A stretch of DNA of 32,000 bases from Vibrio alginolyticus NBRC 15630 = ATCC 17749 (GCF_000354175.2 NC_022359.1:1440001-1472000); one strand, 5' to 3'. Counted from the first letter of the stretch, positions 20,301-27,522 are shown. Numbers and translations: made by a program. Notes: generated from the letters alone by a model not told the origin.

Positions 20301-20609
20301 GTAAACCTCGCCAAAGACCTGCTAGATATTATTTTTAATTTTATTATTAACCGCTTTCTTATTAACAGTAAGATTAATAAAAACCTTAATACTGCCATTG
20401 AAAATCATGCACGGAATAATGAATCATTTTTTTATCAAAGCAATCACGTATTGTTCAACAATTTTAATTATCCAACCAAGTTCAAATTTTTGACACTTAG
20501 ACTTTCATCAATAAAAAAACGAATGTTAGTTTGGCCGAGAAATTCTAACATAATGACTTTTCATTGAGCAGAAAGGTATATATTCCCCCATCATTTATAC
20601 GGAGTTCTT
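20301..20609. promoter_or_regulatory. AT-rich divergent control region between the fha operon and ppkA
   Basis: 309-bp non-coding gap between divergent starts, very A/T rich with multiple A/T tracts. For ppkA there are sigma70-like candidates: ATGACT (20553-20558), 18 nt spacer, TATATA (20577-82), and TTGACA (20490-95) with only a weak -10. I saw no GG-N10-GC sigma54 motif. Confidence 0.4.
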
Positions 20610-22763
20610 GTGATGGAAGACAGTAATAAAAACAATTCTATAAATAACGAAGAAAGCGGAGATAAAACTAAAATTGTAAAGACTCAAAAACGAGACAATG
20701 CAATTAAAACAACTAAACTCACTAATAATGAAACCTCCGTTAAAAATAAAAATGAAACAAATACAAAACTGTCTCAAAAAGAAAACACTCCGTTAGTTAA
20801 TAAGAAAAAAAACAATAAAGATGACTCATTAAATAATAACAAAGATGTTATTAACGAAAGCTTAATAGGAACGACCGTTAAAAATCGGTATGAAATTGAG
20901 TCGGTTATTGGGCATGGTGGGCTTTGCGATGTTTACTTAGCTAAAGATAAGATTCTTGAATCTTCAGGTTCAGAAACACCCTACGTTGCGTTAAAAATAT
21001 TACAGAAAGAGTTTGCTTCTCAACCAGAGACTGCACGCATGTTAATACGTGAAGCTCAACAAACTCAAAGGTTAAGCCACCCTAATATCATTAGGGTTTT
21101 TGATTTTGGTGTTGATGGCGAAATATACTTTTTAGTTATGGAGTATATTAACGGAGAAACATTAGAGAGTTTAATACAGCGTTCTAGGCCCCATGGGCTG
21201 AAGTTTAATGCAACTTTATCAATCCTAAATCAGGTACTCGATGCACTCTCATATGCTCACTCTCTTGGTGTAGTGCACGCCGACCTAAAGCCCGCTAATG
21301 TGATTTTAACGTCTGAGGGTAACGTTAAGCTGCTTGATTTTGGTGTATCTAAAACTCATCAATTAAAGCAGGATCAATATGCGGCTAAACGTAAATCCGA
21401 AAATGTTGAAACGCTTGGTTATACTCCCAACTATGCATCACTCAACCTGTTATCCGGTAAGGAACCGAACTTAAGCGACGATATGTTTGCTCTATTTTGT
21501 ATTGCTTACGAGTTATTGAGTTGCAAACACCCTTACGCAAGAACTCCAGTTAATGAAGCTCTCAAAAAGAAGATCAAGGTCTCTAAACCAACTAACATGC
21601 CTGCATCTAAGTGGCCAATATTTTCAAGCGTATTTTCAACTGGCATCATTCCGTACGAGCTGACCCCTGAGCAGTTGAAACGCAAATTGAATATGCGCTA
21701 TTGGCCTATTGCTAGCGGCGCGGCAGCGAGTATATTATTAGTTAGCGGCATTGTATTTGGTTATCAGCAGCAACAAGAAACCATCGCAACTTTGGAAACC
21801 GTTATTAGCAAGCAAAATGATCAAATTGCCGGACAAGAGTGGCAGCTTGATACGCCAGCAGAAAAAAGTTTGGCACTGATTGATAGTGAAAAAAGCTTAC
21901 ATCCAGTCGTTAAGGCTGGCTTATTACGCTTACACAAGACCTATATTCTCAGCGAGTTTGAATCTGAAATTGATCAGGTTTTGAATTCTGATGCCAACAA
22001 CTACCCGAATTATGATGAAATTGAGTCCATACTTGATAAAGCAAAAACCTACTACCCTGACTCACATAAAATAGAAGTTCTTGCCTTAGATATTCAGTCA
22101 AGCAAGCACTCCACGTTACTTTCGATAGCAAGGCAAATCAACAGTCAACTTGAAAAGTCTCGGTACAGTAAAGAAGACGGCAATAAATCCATCTATGAGC
22201 TCAAGGATGAGTTAAATCAGATTCATCAAGGTTATCCTTTCACGCCAAGTTCGTTATCTAGCGATGTTTTCGGTCAGCACCTCACTGAAGCACTCCAAAA
22301 GAAAGACGCAGCTGCACTTGTTGCTCTTATTAAGGTTGGGAACACCTTCTTTTCAAACGTAGAAGAGCATCAAGAGAACTTACAGATAAGTAATGCGATG
22401 AAAGATGCAGTGCTGGAAATGAAATTATATGAGACAGCGCTAGATTCCAACAGCCCTCTACCGTTTCCAGAAGATGCCGCTAGAATCCTGTTCCAAGAAG
22501 AGTTTGAAAACTTTTATTCTCGCCTAGAAAAGGCAAGGACGACAACTCATCTCGATAACTTGGTGAAGGATGTGGATCTGTTCTCGAAAAACTTTCCTAT
22601 TGGTTTTCAGGATGTTAACGATTTAAGATTCAAAACTGCTGATAAATACTTACGCTTCTCCGATATACTACTTAATAAGCGAAGGACTTCAAGCGCAAGA
22701 CGCGCTATGAAGAAAGCCAACGAGCTTATGAAGCAAATAGAACAGGACTCTAAGCAAAGCTAG
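20610..22763 (+). CDS. ppkA: Transmembrane Hanks-type Ser/Thr kinase PpkA with Asn/Lys-rich N-terminal extension and helical periplasmic domain
   Basis: 717-aa ORF. GGAG at 20601-04 precedes GTG 20610 / ATG 20613. Kinase motifs start near residue 94: G-loop GHGGLCDVY, VALKIL, HADLKPANV, DFGVS. A single TM helix WPIASGAAASILLVSGIVFGY lies at about residues 365-386, followed by a ~330-aa C-terminal region. Confidence 0.92.
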   Translation: MMEDSNKNNSINNEESGDKTKIVKTQKRDNAIKTTKLTNNETSVKNKNETNTKLSQKENTPLVNKKKNNKDDSLNNNKDVINESLIGTTVKNRYEIESVIGHGGLCDVYLAKDKILESSGSETPYVALKILQKEFASQPETARMLIREAQQTQRLSHPNIIRVFDFGVDGEIYFLVMEYINGETLESLIQRSRPHGLKFNATLSILNQVLDALSYAHSLGVVHADLKPANVILTSEGNVKLLDFGVSKTHQLKQDQYAAKRKSENVETLGYTPNYASLNLLSGKEPNLSDDMFALFCIAYELLSCKHPYARTPVNEALKKKIKVSKPTNMPASKWPIFSSVFSTGIIPYELTPEQLKRKLNMRYWPIASGAAASILLVSGIVFGYQQQQETIATLETVISKQNDQIAGQEWQLDTPAEKSLALIDSEKSLHPVVKAGLLRLHKTYILSEFESEIDQVLNSDANNYPNYDEIESILDKAKTYYPDSHKIEVLALDIQSSKHSTLLSIARQINSQLEKSRYSKEDGNKSIYELKDELNQIHQGYPFTPSSLSSDVFGQHLTEALQKKDAAALVALIKVGNTFFSNVEEHQENLQISNAMKDAVLEMKLYETALDSNSPLPFPEDAARILFQEEFENFYSRLEKARTTTHLDNLVKDVDLFSKNFPIGFQDVNDLRFKTADKYLRFSDILLNKRRTSSARRAMKKANELMKQIEQDSKQS

Positions 22764-22770
22764 TAATACA

Positions 22771-22794
22771 AAAGGGACGCGAGTCCCTTTTTTG
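22771..22794 (+). terminator. Rho-independent terminator of ppkA
   Basis: AAAGGGAC-GCGA-GTCCCTTT hairpin followed by a T run, 8 nt after the ppkA stop (22761-63). Confidence 0.85.
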
Positions 22795-22817
22795 CCGCAG
22801 ATTACTTGCCAATATGC

Positions 22818-22839
22818 AACTAGATTGCTAGTTTATACT
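22818..22839 (+). promoter_or_regulatory. 16-bp palindrome abutting a -10-like hexamer (candidate operator/promoter of the hpt transcript)
   Basis: AACTAG-ATTG-CTAGTT (22818-22833) has perfect 6-bp arms and is immediately followed by TATACT (22834-39). The corresponding -35 position is poor (AATATG). Confidence 0.3.
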
Positions 22840-22863
22840 TGTACTTAATGAGGAGAGTTAGCC

Positions 22864-23241
22864 TTGACTGAAGGAATAGTCAAAGTTGGCGAACGTCTGG
22901 CGTCCGTATGTAACGATAGCCTTAAACTAGGACTGCAAGACACTTACCGACTCGGCGTTTTACGTGGAAACGTCCCCTTTGCTACTTGTGTTAAAAACAC
23001 GCGAGTTGAAGTTTTTTCATCCCTACATTTCGACCATTGCCGTTTGGAACATTTCGACCATTGCCGTTTGGATATAAGTCAAAATATCTTTAACAATGAC
23101 TTTCTTTTTGTAAGTTTATCTCAAGCGACAAGCAAACTATTTCTGCTCAAATACTGGTTATGCCATTCATACCTTCGGCTAAGCCTTCATTATCCGAAAC
23201 ATTCCTCTACCTCAACGTTTAATAGGGGTATACATGATTAA
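22864..23241 (+). CDS. Doubtful TTG-initiated ORF (125 aa) upstream of hpt; possibly a leader peptide/ORF or non-coding leader
   Basis: For: a strong SD, GAGGAGAG (22850-57), lies 6 nt before TTG 22864, and the stop overlaps the hpt start in an ATGATTAA arrangement. Against: the C-terminal half (NIFNNDFLFVSLS...KLFLLKYWLCHSYLRLSL) looks like a translated AT-rich spacer, and I recognise no family. Confidence 0.25.
   Translation: MTEGIVKVGERLASVCNDSLKLGLQDTYRLGVLRGNVPFATCVKNTRVEVFSSLHFDHCRLEHFDHCRLDISQNIFNNDFLFVSLSQATSKLFLLKYWLCHSYLRLSLHYPKHSSTSTFNRGIHD
23025..23072. repeat. Perfect 24-bp direct tandem duplication (2 x ACATTTCGACCATTGCCGTTTGGA)
   Basis: Read directly: 23025-23048 is identical to 23049-23072. 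It is in frame in the doubtful ORF, giving HFDHCRLE/HFDHCRLD. Confidence 0.95.
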
Positions 23242-23569
23242 TTTTGATGTTCTCAATACATACATGGATAACGACGTAGATCTCATCGTCACTGTTTTTT
23301 CTACATACCTTGAAGATCACACGAGTGATATAGAGCGTATAGATGAGCTATATGCAAGCAGATGTTGGTCAGAACTCTATCTATTAGCTCATAGTTTAAA
23401 GGGCATTCTAGAGAGTTTCGGAGAAGACACCGCGGTCATTGCGTTTCAAAGAATAGAAGAAAAAACCAGAAACGATACAGCGCCAGATAGCTCAGATATA
23501 GCTATAGTTACTAAAGAGCTAGCTGCAATTAATCAACAAATCTTCGCTTACTTGAAGAATATGCAATAA
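23234..23569 (+). CDS. Hpt (histidine phosphotransfer) domain protein
   Basis: 111-aa ORF with AGGGG 6 nt before the ATG. It is a helical protein with the Hpt phospho-acceptor motif HSLKG (LLAHSLKGILESFG). Confidence 0.8.
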   Translation: MINFDVLNTYMDNDVDLIVTVFSTYLEDHTSDIERIDELYASRCWSELYLLAHSLKGILESFGEDTAVIAFQRIEEKTRNDTAPDSSDIAIVTKELAAINQQIFAYLKNMQ

Positions 23570-23597
23570 AGAAATTCAAGGCTTAACTGGGGGAAAT

Positions 23598-23795
23598 ATG
23601 GCAATGAATAATAGCAATTTCAGGGAGTTGATTGAGTCTCTCAAAGACCTAACACCAACTCAAAAAAGGTACTTACTTAGCCGTACAAAGATGGCGCTAG
23701 ATGATGAAAGTAATATGTTAAACATCAGTGATATTCTAACACCAGAAGAGTTGGAGGCGTTACTATCACCGGCACCAACAACGAATACAAAATAA
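23598..23795 (+). CDS. Small hypothetical protein (65 aa), net acidic
   Basis: GGGGGAAAT precedes the ATG. The sequence is protein-like and helical (ELIESLKDLTPTQKRYLLSRTKMAL...TPEELEALL). I recognise no family. Confidence 0.55.
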   Translation: MAMNNSNFRELIESLKDLTPTQKRYLLSRTKMALDDESNMLNISDILTPEELEALLSPAPTTNTK

Positions 23796-23865
23796 CAATG
23801 ATATACAACGCAACCGTCAGATTAACGCTAGGGACCAAGTGAAGGAAATCGACTTTGCTTGGTTG

Positions 23866-25536
23866 TTAGTTTCTCTCCCTATTCCTTTTCACTACAACAA
23901 ACGTATTGTTTTCGAAACCTTTTTCCAATTTAAACAGGTCAGATAATTGAGCGACTAACATCAGTCCGCGACCAGAGGAGGACCAACTATCGTCATCCAT
24001 TAAGTTAGGTGCCTCAATCTGTTTGTTTTTATGTTGGATGAACGTCTTTTCATTGATCGGCGCTCCGCAATCAGAGACTCTCAGTTCCACGAAACCGGAC
24101 ACTTGGTCATCCCCAACCCTACACTCCACTTCAATTGGCAGGCCTTCTATTTCACTGTAAGAATGAATATAAGCGTTATTCATGAGCTCAACGACACAAA
24201 GCTCCAATGATTGAATTGCATTTAAGGGGATTTGATGACCCATCAAAAACCGAACAACGTCTTTGCTCGCACTTCGTGAGTGAGTAAGGGAGCTCCCGTA
24301 AGTTCGTTTAAATTCGCTCTTTGACATTCTTTTCCTTAAATCGAGCCTCTCACCATGCCATTTTACCTGTAAAAGGCTGGCATCATCATCAAACTCATCT
24401 TCGCTATGCCAAGATTGTACTTTTTTAAAGACGTCTCCCACTTGGTCTTCAACTGTCAGCGTGCAAACAGCTTTTATACTCGATGCCAATCGTTGTAGTG
24501 AAAACATCTCCTCACCCTGCCTCGCTTCAATCAAACCATCCGAATAAAGCCACAATGCATCGCCCTCATCCAGACTAATTTGGTTACCGATATATTCCAT
24601 CGGCTGCATTGCACCAACGATAAAGTTATCGTCACCTATCTGTTCCATCGTTTTCGTACTCGCTCGCCAAACTAAGATCCTGGGGTGGCCAGCCGTGCAA
24701 TAGCTAAGTCGCCCTGATTTTGTGTTAAGAATGGCGTAAGCCATAGTAAAGTAAAGTTGACTGTTTCTAGTTTGCTGATAACGCCGATTTAGCCGTTCAA
24801 TCACAGATGCAGGCTCACTTACGCAATAGCCGTCATCTCTCAACTCCATCGTGATCGAATCAGGCCCCTGACTTTGAGATAGCGTCTGTTGAATAGAAAA
24901 AGCCATCAAAGCTGAAGAAATACCATGACCAGAAACATCAAATACATAAAACGCAACATGTTGTTCATCGAGCTCCAAATACCCCAACATATCACCACCA
25001 ATCTGGGAGCATGGTTTGTAGACATAACTAAACTGTATATTTTGGATAGTTGATTCAGCAGGGAGTAGTTGCTCCATCAGATGACTAGCAGACTGTAGGT
25101 CTTGGTGAATTGTTTGATAGGCCGCATCTAGCTCTTTATTTCTCTCAACGAGTTTGTTGTGCAGTTCTAAAGTACGAAACCCCGCACGGATTCTGGCCTG
25201 AAGTTCCTCTACAGACGTCTTCTTATCTACGAAATCATCTGCGCCAGCATCAATGCCTTTCACGATCGAACTTTGGTCATTTCTAGAAGACAGTAGAACA
25301 AAGAAAATGTAACGTTCGCTAACTTTAGATTTTAATTGGCGACACAATTCAATACCATTAATTCCAGGCATCATTAAATCACTCAGCACAAACTGAATAT
25401 CAGGGCGGTGGGTTAGCACCTCAAGCGCCGCTCTTCCGTCTTCAACTGCAACCACTTCATAGCCCTGCTTTTCCAATGCACTGCTGATGTAAAGCAGTAC
25501 TGTTTTACTATCATCGACCAAAAGAATGGGTTTCAT
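23866..25536 (-). CDS. Three-domain response regulator: REC + PP2C/SpoIIE phosphatase + RsbW/SpoIIAB-like HATPase (HsbR/CrsR-type partner-switching regulator)
   Basis: 556-aa ORF. REC: LLVDDSK, phospho-acceptor in VLSDLMMPG, DDFVDKK. PP2C: GGDMLGY, FDVSGHGISSAL, LYSDGLIEAR, DDASLL. C-terminal HATPase: N-box ELCVVELMNNAYIHS, SDCGAPI, GRGLMLV. Confidence 0.88.
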   Translation of the reverse strand: MKPILLVDDSKTVLLYISSALEKQGYEVVAVEDGRAALEVLTHRPDIQFVLSDLMMPGINGIELCRQLKSKVSERYIFFVLLSSRNDQSSIVKGIDAGADDFVDKKTSVEELQARIRAGFRTLELHNKLVERNKELDAAYQTIHQDLQSASHLMEQLLPAESTIQNIQFSYVYKPCSQIGGDMLGYLELDEQHVAFYVFDVSGHGISSALMAFSIQQTLSQSQGPDSITMELRDDGYCVSEPASVIERLNRRYQQTRNSQLYFTMAYAILNTKSGRLSYCTAGHPRILVWRASTKTMEQIGDDNFIVGAMQPMEYIGNQISLDEGDALWLYSDGLIEARQGEEMFSLQRLASSIKAVCTLTVEDQVGDVFKKVQSWHSEDEFDDDASLLQVKWHGERLDLRKRMSKSEFKRTYGSSLTHSRSASKDVVRFLMGHQIPLNAIQSLELCVVELMNNAYIHSYSEIEGLPIEVECRVGDDQVSGFVELRVSDCGAPINEKTFIQHKNKQIEAPNLMDDDSWSSSGRGLMLVAQLSDLFKLEKGFENNTFVVVKRNRERN

Positions 25537-25565
25537 CTTCCTCCTTAATACGGTTGCTTTACTGG

Positions 25566-25826
25566 CTAACGCAAAACACTAGTCACTGACTGCTCATTTC
25601 TAAAACGGCTGTAGTCTTCGGCTAATAATTGGTGTTGATATCGAGTGTAAGACAACGCTTCATTAGAAATTAGTATCTGATGCTCTTTTTCGATTAACTG
25701 ACTTTGTAGCCTTTCAATCTGTTCATTCTGCTGTGTGTAATTGAGGTACAGTGCGAATAGACCAAAAACCGAAACCATTAACAGGGCGATTAGAATATTA
25801 TTGATAGTTTTCACTTGAATACTCAT
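25566..25826 (-). CDS. Small single-pass membrane protein with coiled-coil tail (86 aa), co-oriented 29 nt upstream of the REC-PP2C-HATPase gene
   Basis: I prefer the internal ATG at 25826-25824, preceded by AAGGAGAGG, over the track start at 25934. The product MSIQVKTINNILIALLMVSVFGLFALYLNY... has one TM helix and then a Q/E/L-rich helix. Confidence 0.55.
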   Translation of the reverse strand: MSIQVKTINNILIALLMVSVFGLFALYLNYTQQNEQIERLQSQLIEKEHQILISNEALSYTRYQHQLLAEDYSRFRNEQSVTSVLR

Positions 25827-26046
25827 GACCTCTCCTTGTCTATTATTAGACTTTCCATGATGAAAGAGAGCGTCTACGGACCAAGAGCCCAAGGCTCTAA
25901 AACGCAACGAAGCAAATTGAGGTTGTTTTTCCAATTATAGGCGATAGGAGAAAAAATAAGAAAAATCTGAAAAAATTTGAATATCCTGCTGAGTTAAGAA
26001 TCGGTAAGGTGGTAGCAGCGAGCTATCATCCACTCGCTGCAATACA

Positions 26047-26661
26047 TTAACTCTGAAATGCAGGTCTAGCTAAAATTTGGTTATACCATCGAGCAATGTT
26101 TGGCGACGTCGATAGCACATCAATTTCTAGGCCTTTAATTGCGAAACTGATCAAAATAAAGCCTGTTATATCGACGATAGTAAAATGGTCTACGGCGATA
26201 AAATAATTATGTTCAAGCCGCTTGTCTAAGACAGGCAGAAATTCATAGACGCGTTGTTTTGATTCTTCGCCCCATGCTTCAACGCAACGTTCTCTGTCTC
26301 CATAAACTCCGGTCATGTTTCGAAACGCCTGAAATGCCGCATTTAGTCCTTGGAACTCCACCACACGATGCCACATTTCCACCTGAGCACGTTCAAGCTG
26401 GTTAGCACCAAACAGCGCCAGATCATTTTCAAACGCTTCATCTAGGTAGCGACAAATCGCAACGCTTTCACAGATCGTCGTACCATCATCCAATTCCAGC
26501 AGAGGCACTTTGCCGTTCACGCTTTTCGATTTAAACGGTTCAGATAGGTTATCGCCCTCACGAACGTTCAGCGCAATTCGCTCAACCTCGCCACCGATTT
26601 CCTTTAGAAAAATGCTAACTCGCTTACAACTTGGAGTCATTGCGGTTTCATAGAGCTTCAT
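26047..26661 (-). CDS. Glutathione S-transferase family protein
   Basis: 204-aa ORF. The thioredoxin-like N-domain shows SCKRVSIFLKEIG and GKVPLLELDDGTTICESVAICRYL (the VP..L / ES.AI..YL GST motifs). Confidence 0.85.
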   Translation of the reverse strand: MKLYETAMTPSCKRVSIFLKEIGGEVERIALNVREGDNLSEPFKSKSVNGKVPLLELDDGTTICESVAICRYLDEAFENDLALFGANQLERAQVEMWHRVVEFQGLNAAFQAFRNMTGVYGDRERCVEAWGEESKQRVYEFLPVLDKRLEHNYFIAVDHFTIVDITGFILISFAIKGLEIDVLSTSPNIARWYNQILARPAFQS

Positions 26662-26682
26662 TTCACATCCTTTTATCTTTTT

Positions 26683-26698
26683 CTAACCGATTGGTTAG
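26683..26698. promoter_or_regulatory. Palindrome CTAACC-GATT-GGTTAG, candidate TetR operator over the GST promoter
   Basis: Perfect 6-bp inverted arms, 22 nt upstream of the GST start codon in the GST/tetR divergent region. A second inverted repeat, TACCCA-N8-TGGGTA, lies at 26830-26849. Confidence 0.4.
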
Positions 26699-26945
26699 GA
26701 TATACTGTAGCCAGTTTATAAACGATCAGTCAAGAACTTCACTATCAAAAATTTTCAAACAGTTGTGGGTCTGTTTGCTGAGCGAGATTTTTGATGCCGT
26801 TTGTGAGTTCACATGAATTTGGAGGCTGATACCCAAGAATAGATGGGTATTCATCATATTGGTTCAGTTCGAACGCTAGAGGTTCTCTGTACCATCCCTC
26901 CAAAGCAATTTAATTACCCGATAAGCAGACCCAGGCAGGTAATTT

Positions 26946-27521
26946 ATGGCAAGAAAAGCCAACTTCGACCGAGATGAAAAGCTTCTCGTGGCTATGGATG
27001 TGTTTTGGCGCAAGGGCTTTGCGAACACGTCGATCTCGGATCTCACCGACGAGTTAAACATCAACCGCTTCAGTCTTTACAACACCTATGGTGACAAGCA
27101 ACAGCTCTACTACGAAGCGCTCGATACTTACTTAAAAAAGGTCTCGCTACCGTCACTGAATGATTTGGAAAAAGACGATGCGTCTTTACCTGAGTTGGAA
27201 TCGTTCCTTAAATCTTTTGCTGAGCTGCAACGCAAACGCAACTGTGGGTGTTTTATCCAAAATGCGTTGATTGAGCACGCTGGTGAAGACGATGATGTAC
27301 TGCGTAAAGGGCATTTTTTGTTTGACCATCTTATCGACATCATTGCGGATGCGCTGACCAATGCACAAAAAGAAACCTTAGTGCCGAAAACGCTGAAACC
27401 AGAAGAGCTTGCTCGTTTTGTTCTCAACAACATGCAAGGCATGCGCGTGCTTGGCAAAGCCAAACGTTATGCCGACTTGGATACCGCGCTTTCCTGCTTA
27501 CTGGTTTTGATTAGGAAATAA
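26946..27521 (+). CDS. TetR/AcrR family transcriptional regulator
   Basis: 191-aa ORF. The N-terminal HTH is LLVAMDVFWRKGFANTSISDLTDELNINRFSLYNTYGDKQQLY. Confidence 0.9.
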   Translation: MARKANFDRDEKLLVAMDVFWRKGFANTSISDLTDELNINRFSLYNTYGDKQQLYYEALDTYLKKVSLPSLNDLEKDDASLPELESFLKSFAELQRKRNCGCFIQNALIEHAGEDDDVLRKGHFLFDHLIDIIADALTNAQKETLVPKTLKPEELARFVLNNMQGMRVLGKAKRYADLDTALSCLLVLIRK

Positions 27522-27522
27522 C

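Noticed and set aside
20301-20609. Possible sigma54 (GG-N10-GC) promoter for the T6SS operon
   Set aside because: The only TGGCA-like string (complement of 20393-20398, TGGCAG) is not followed by a GC/TTGC element at the right spacing, so no sigma54 promoter is claimed.
20595-20777. Minus-strand 60-aa ORF overlapping the ppkA 5' end
   Set aside because: It is antisense to the Asn/Lys-rich coding stretch. The F/I-rich product is what the complement of AAN/AAA codons yields, so it is an artefact of composition.
23234-23569. Identification of the Hpt protein as LuxU
   Set aside because: LuxU is encoded directly downstream of luxO in Vibrio quorum-sensing loci. No luxO is present here and the sequence around the HSLKG histidine differs from what I recall for LuxU, so only the generic Hpt call is made.
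25827-25934. N-terminal 36 codons of the 122-aa track ORF
   Set aside because: There is no ribosome-binding site at the upstream ATG, whereas a strong SD precedes the internal ATG at 25826. The extension was therefore not annotated as coding.
26015-26040. Hairpin GCAGCGAG-N10-CTCGCTGC just downstream of the GST gene as a terminator
   Set aside because: The 8-bp stem is real, but no U-rich tail follows on the GST (minus) strand. It is too uncertain to annotate as an intrinsic terminator.
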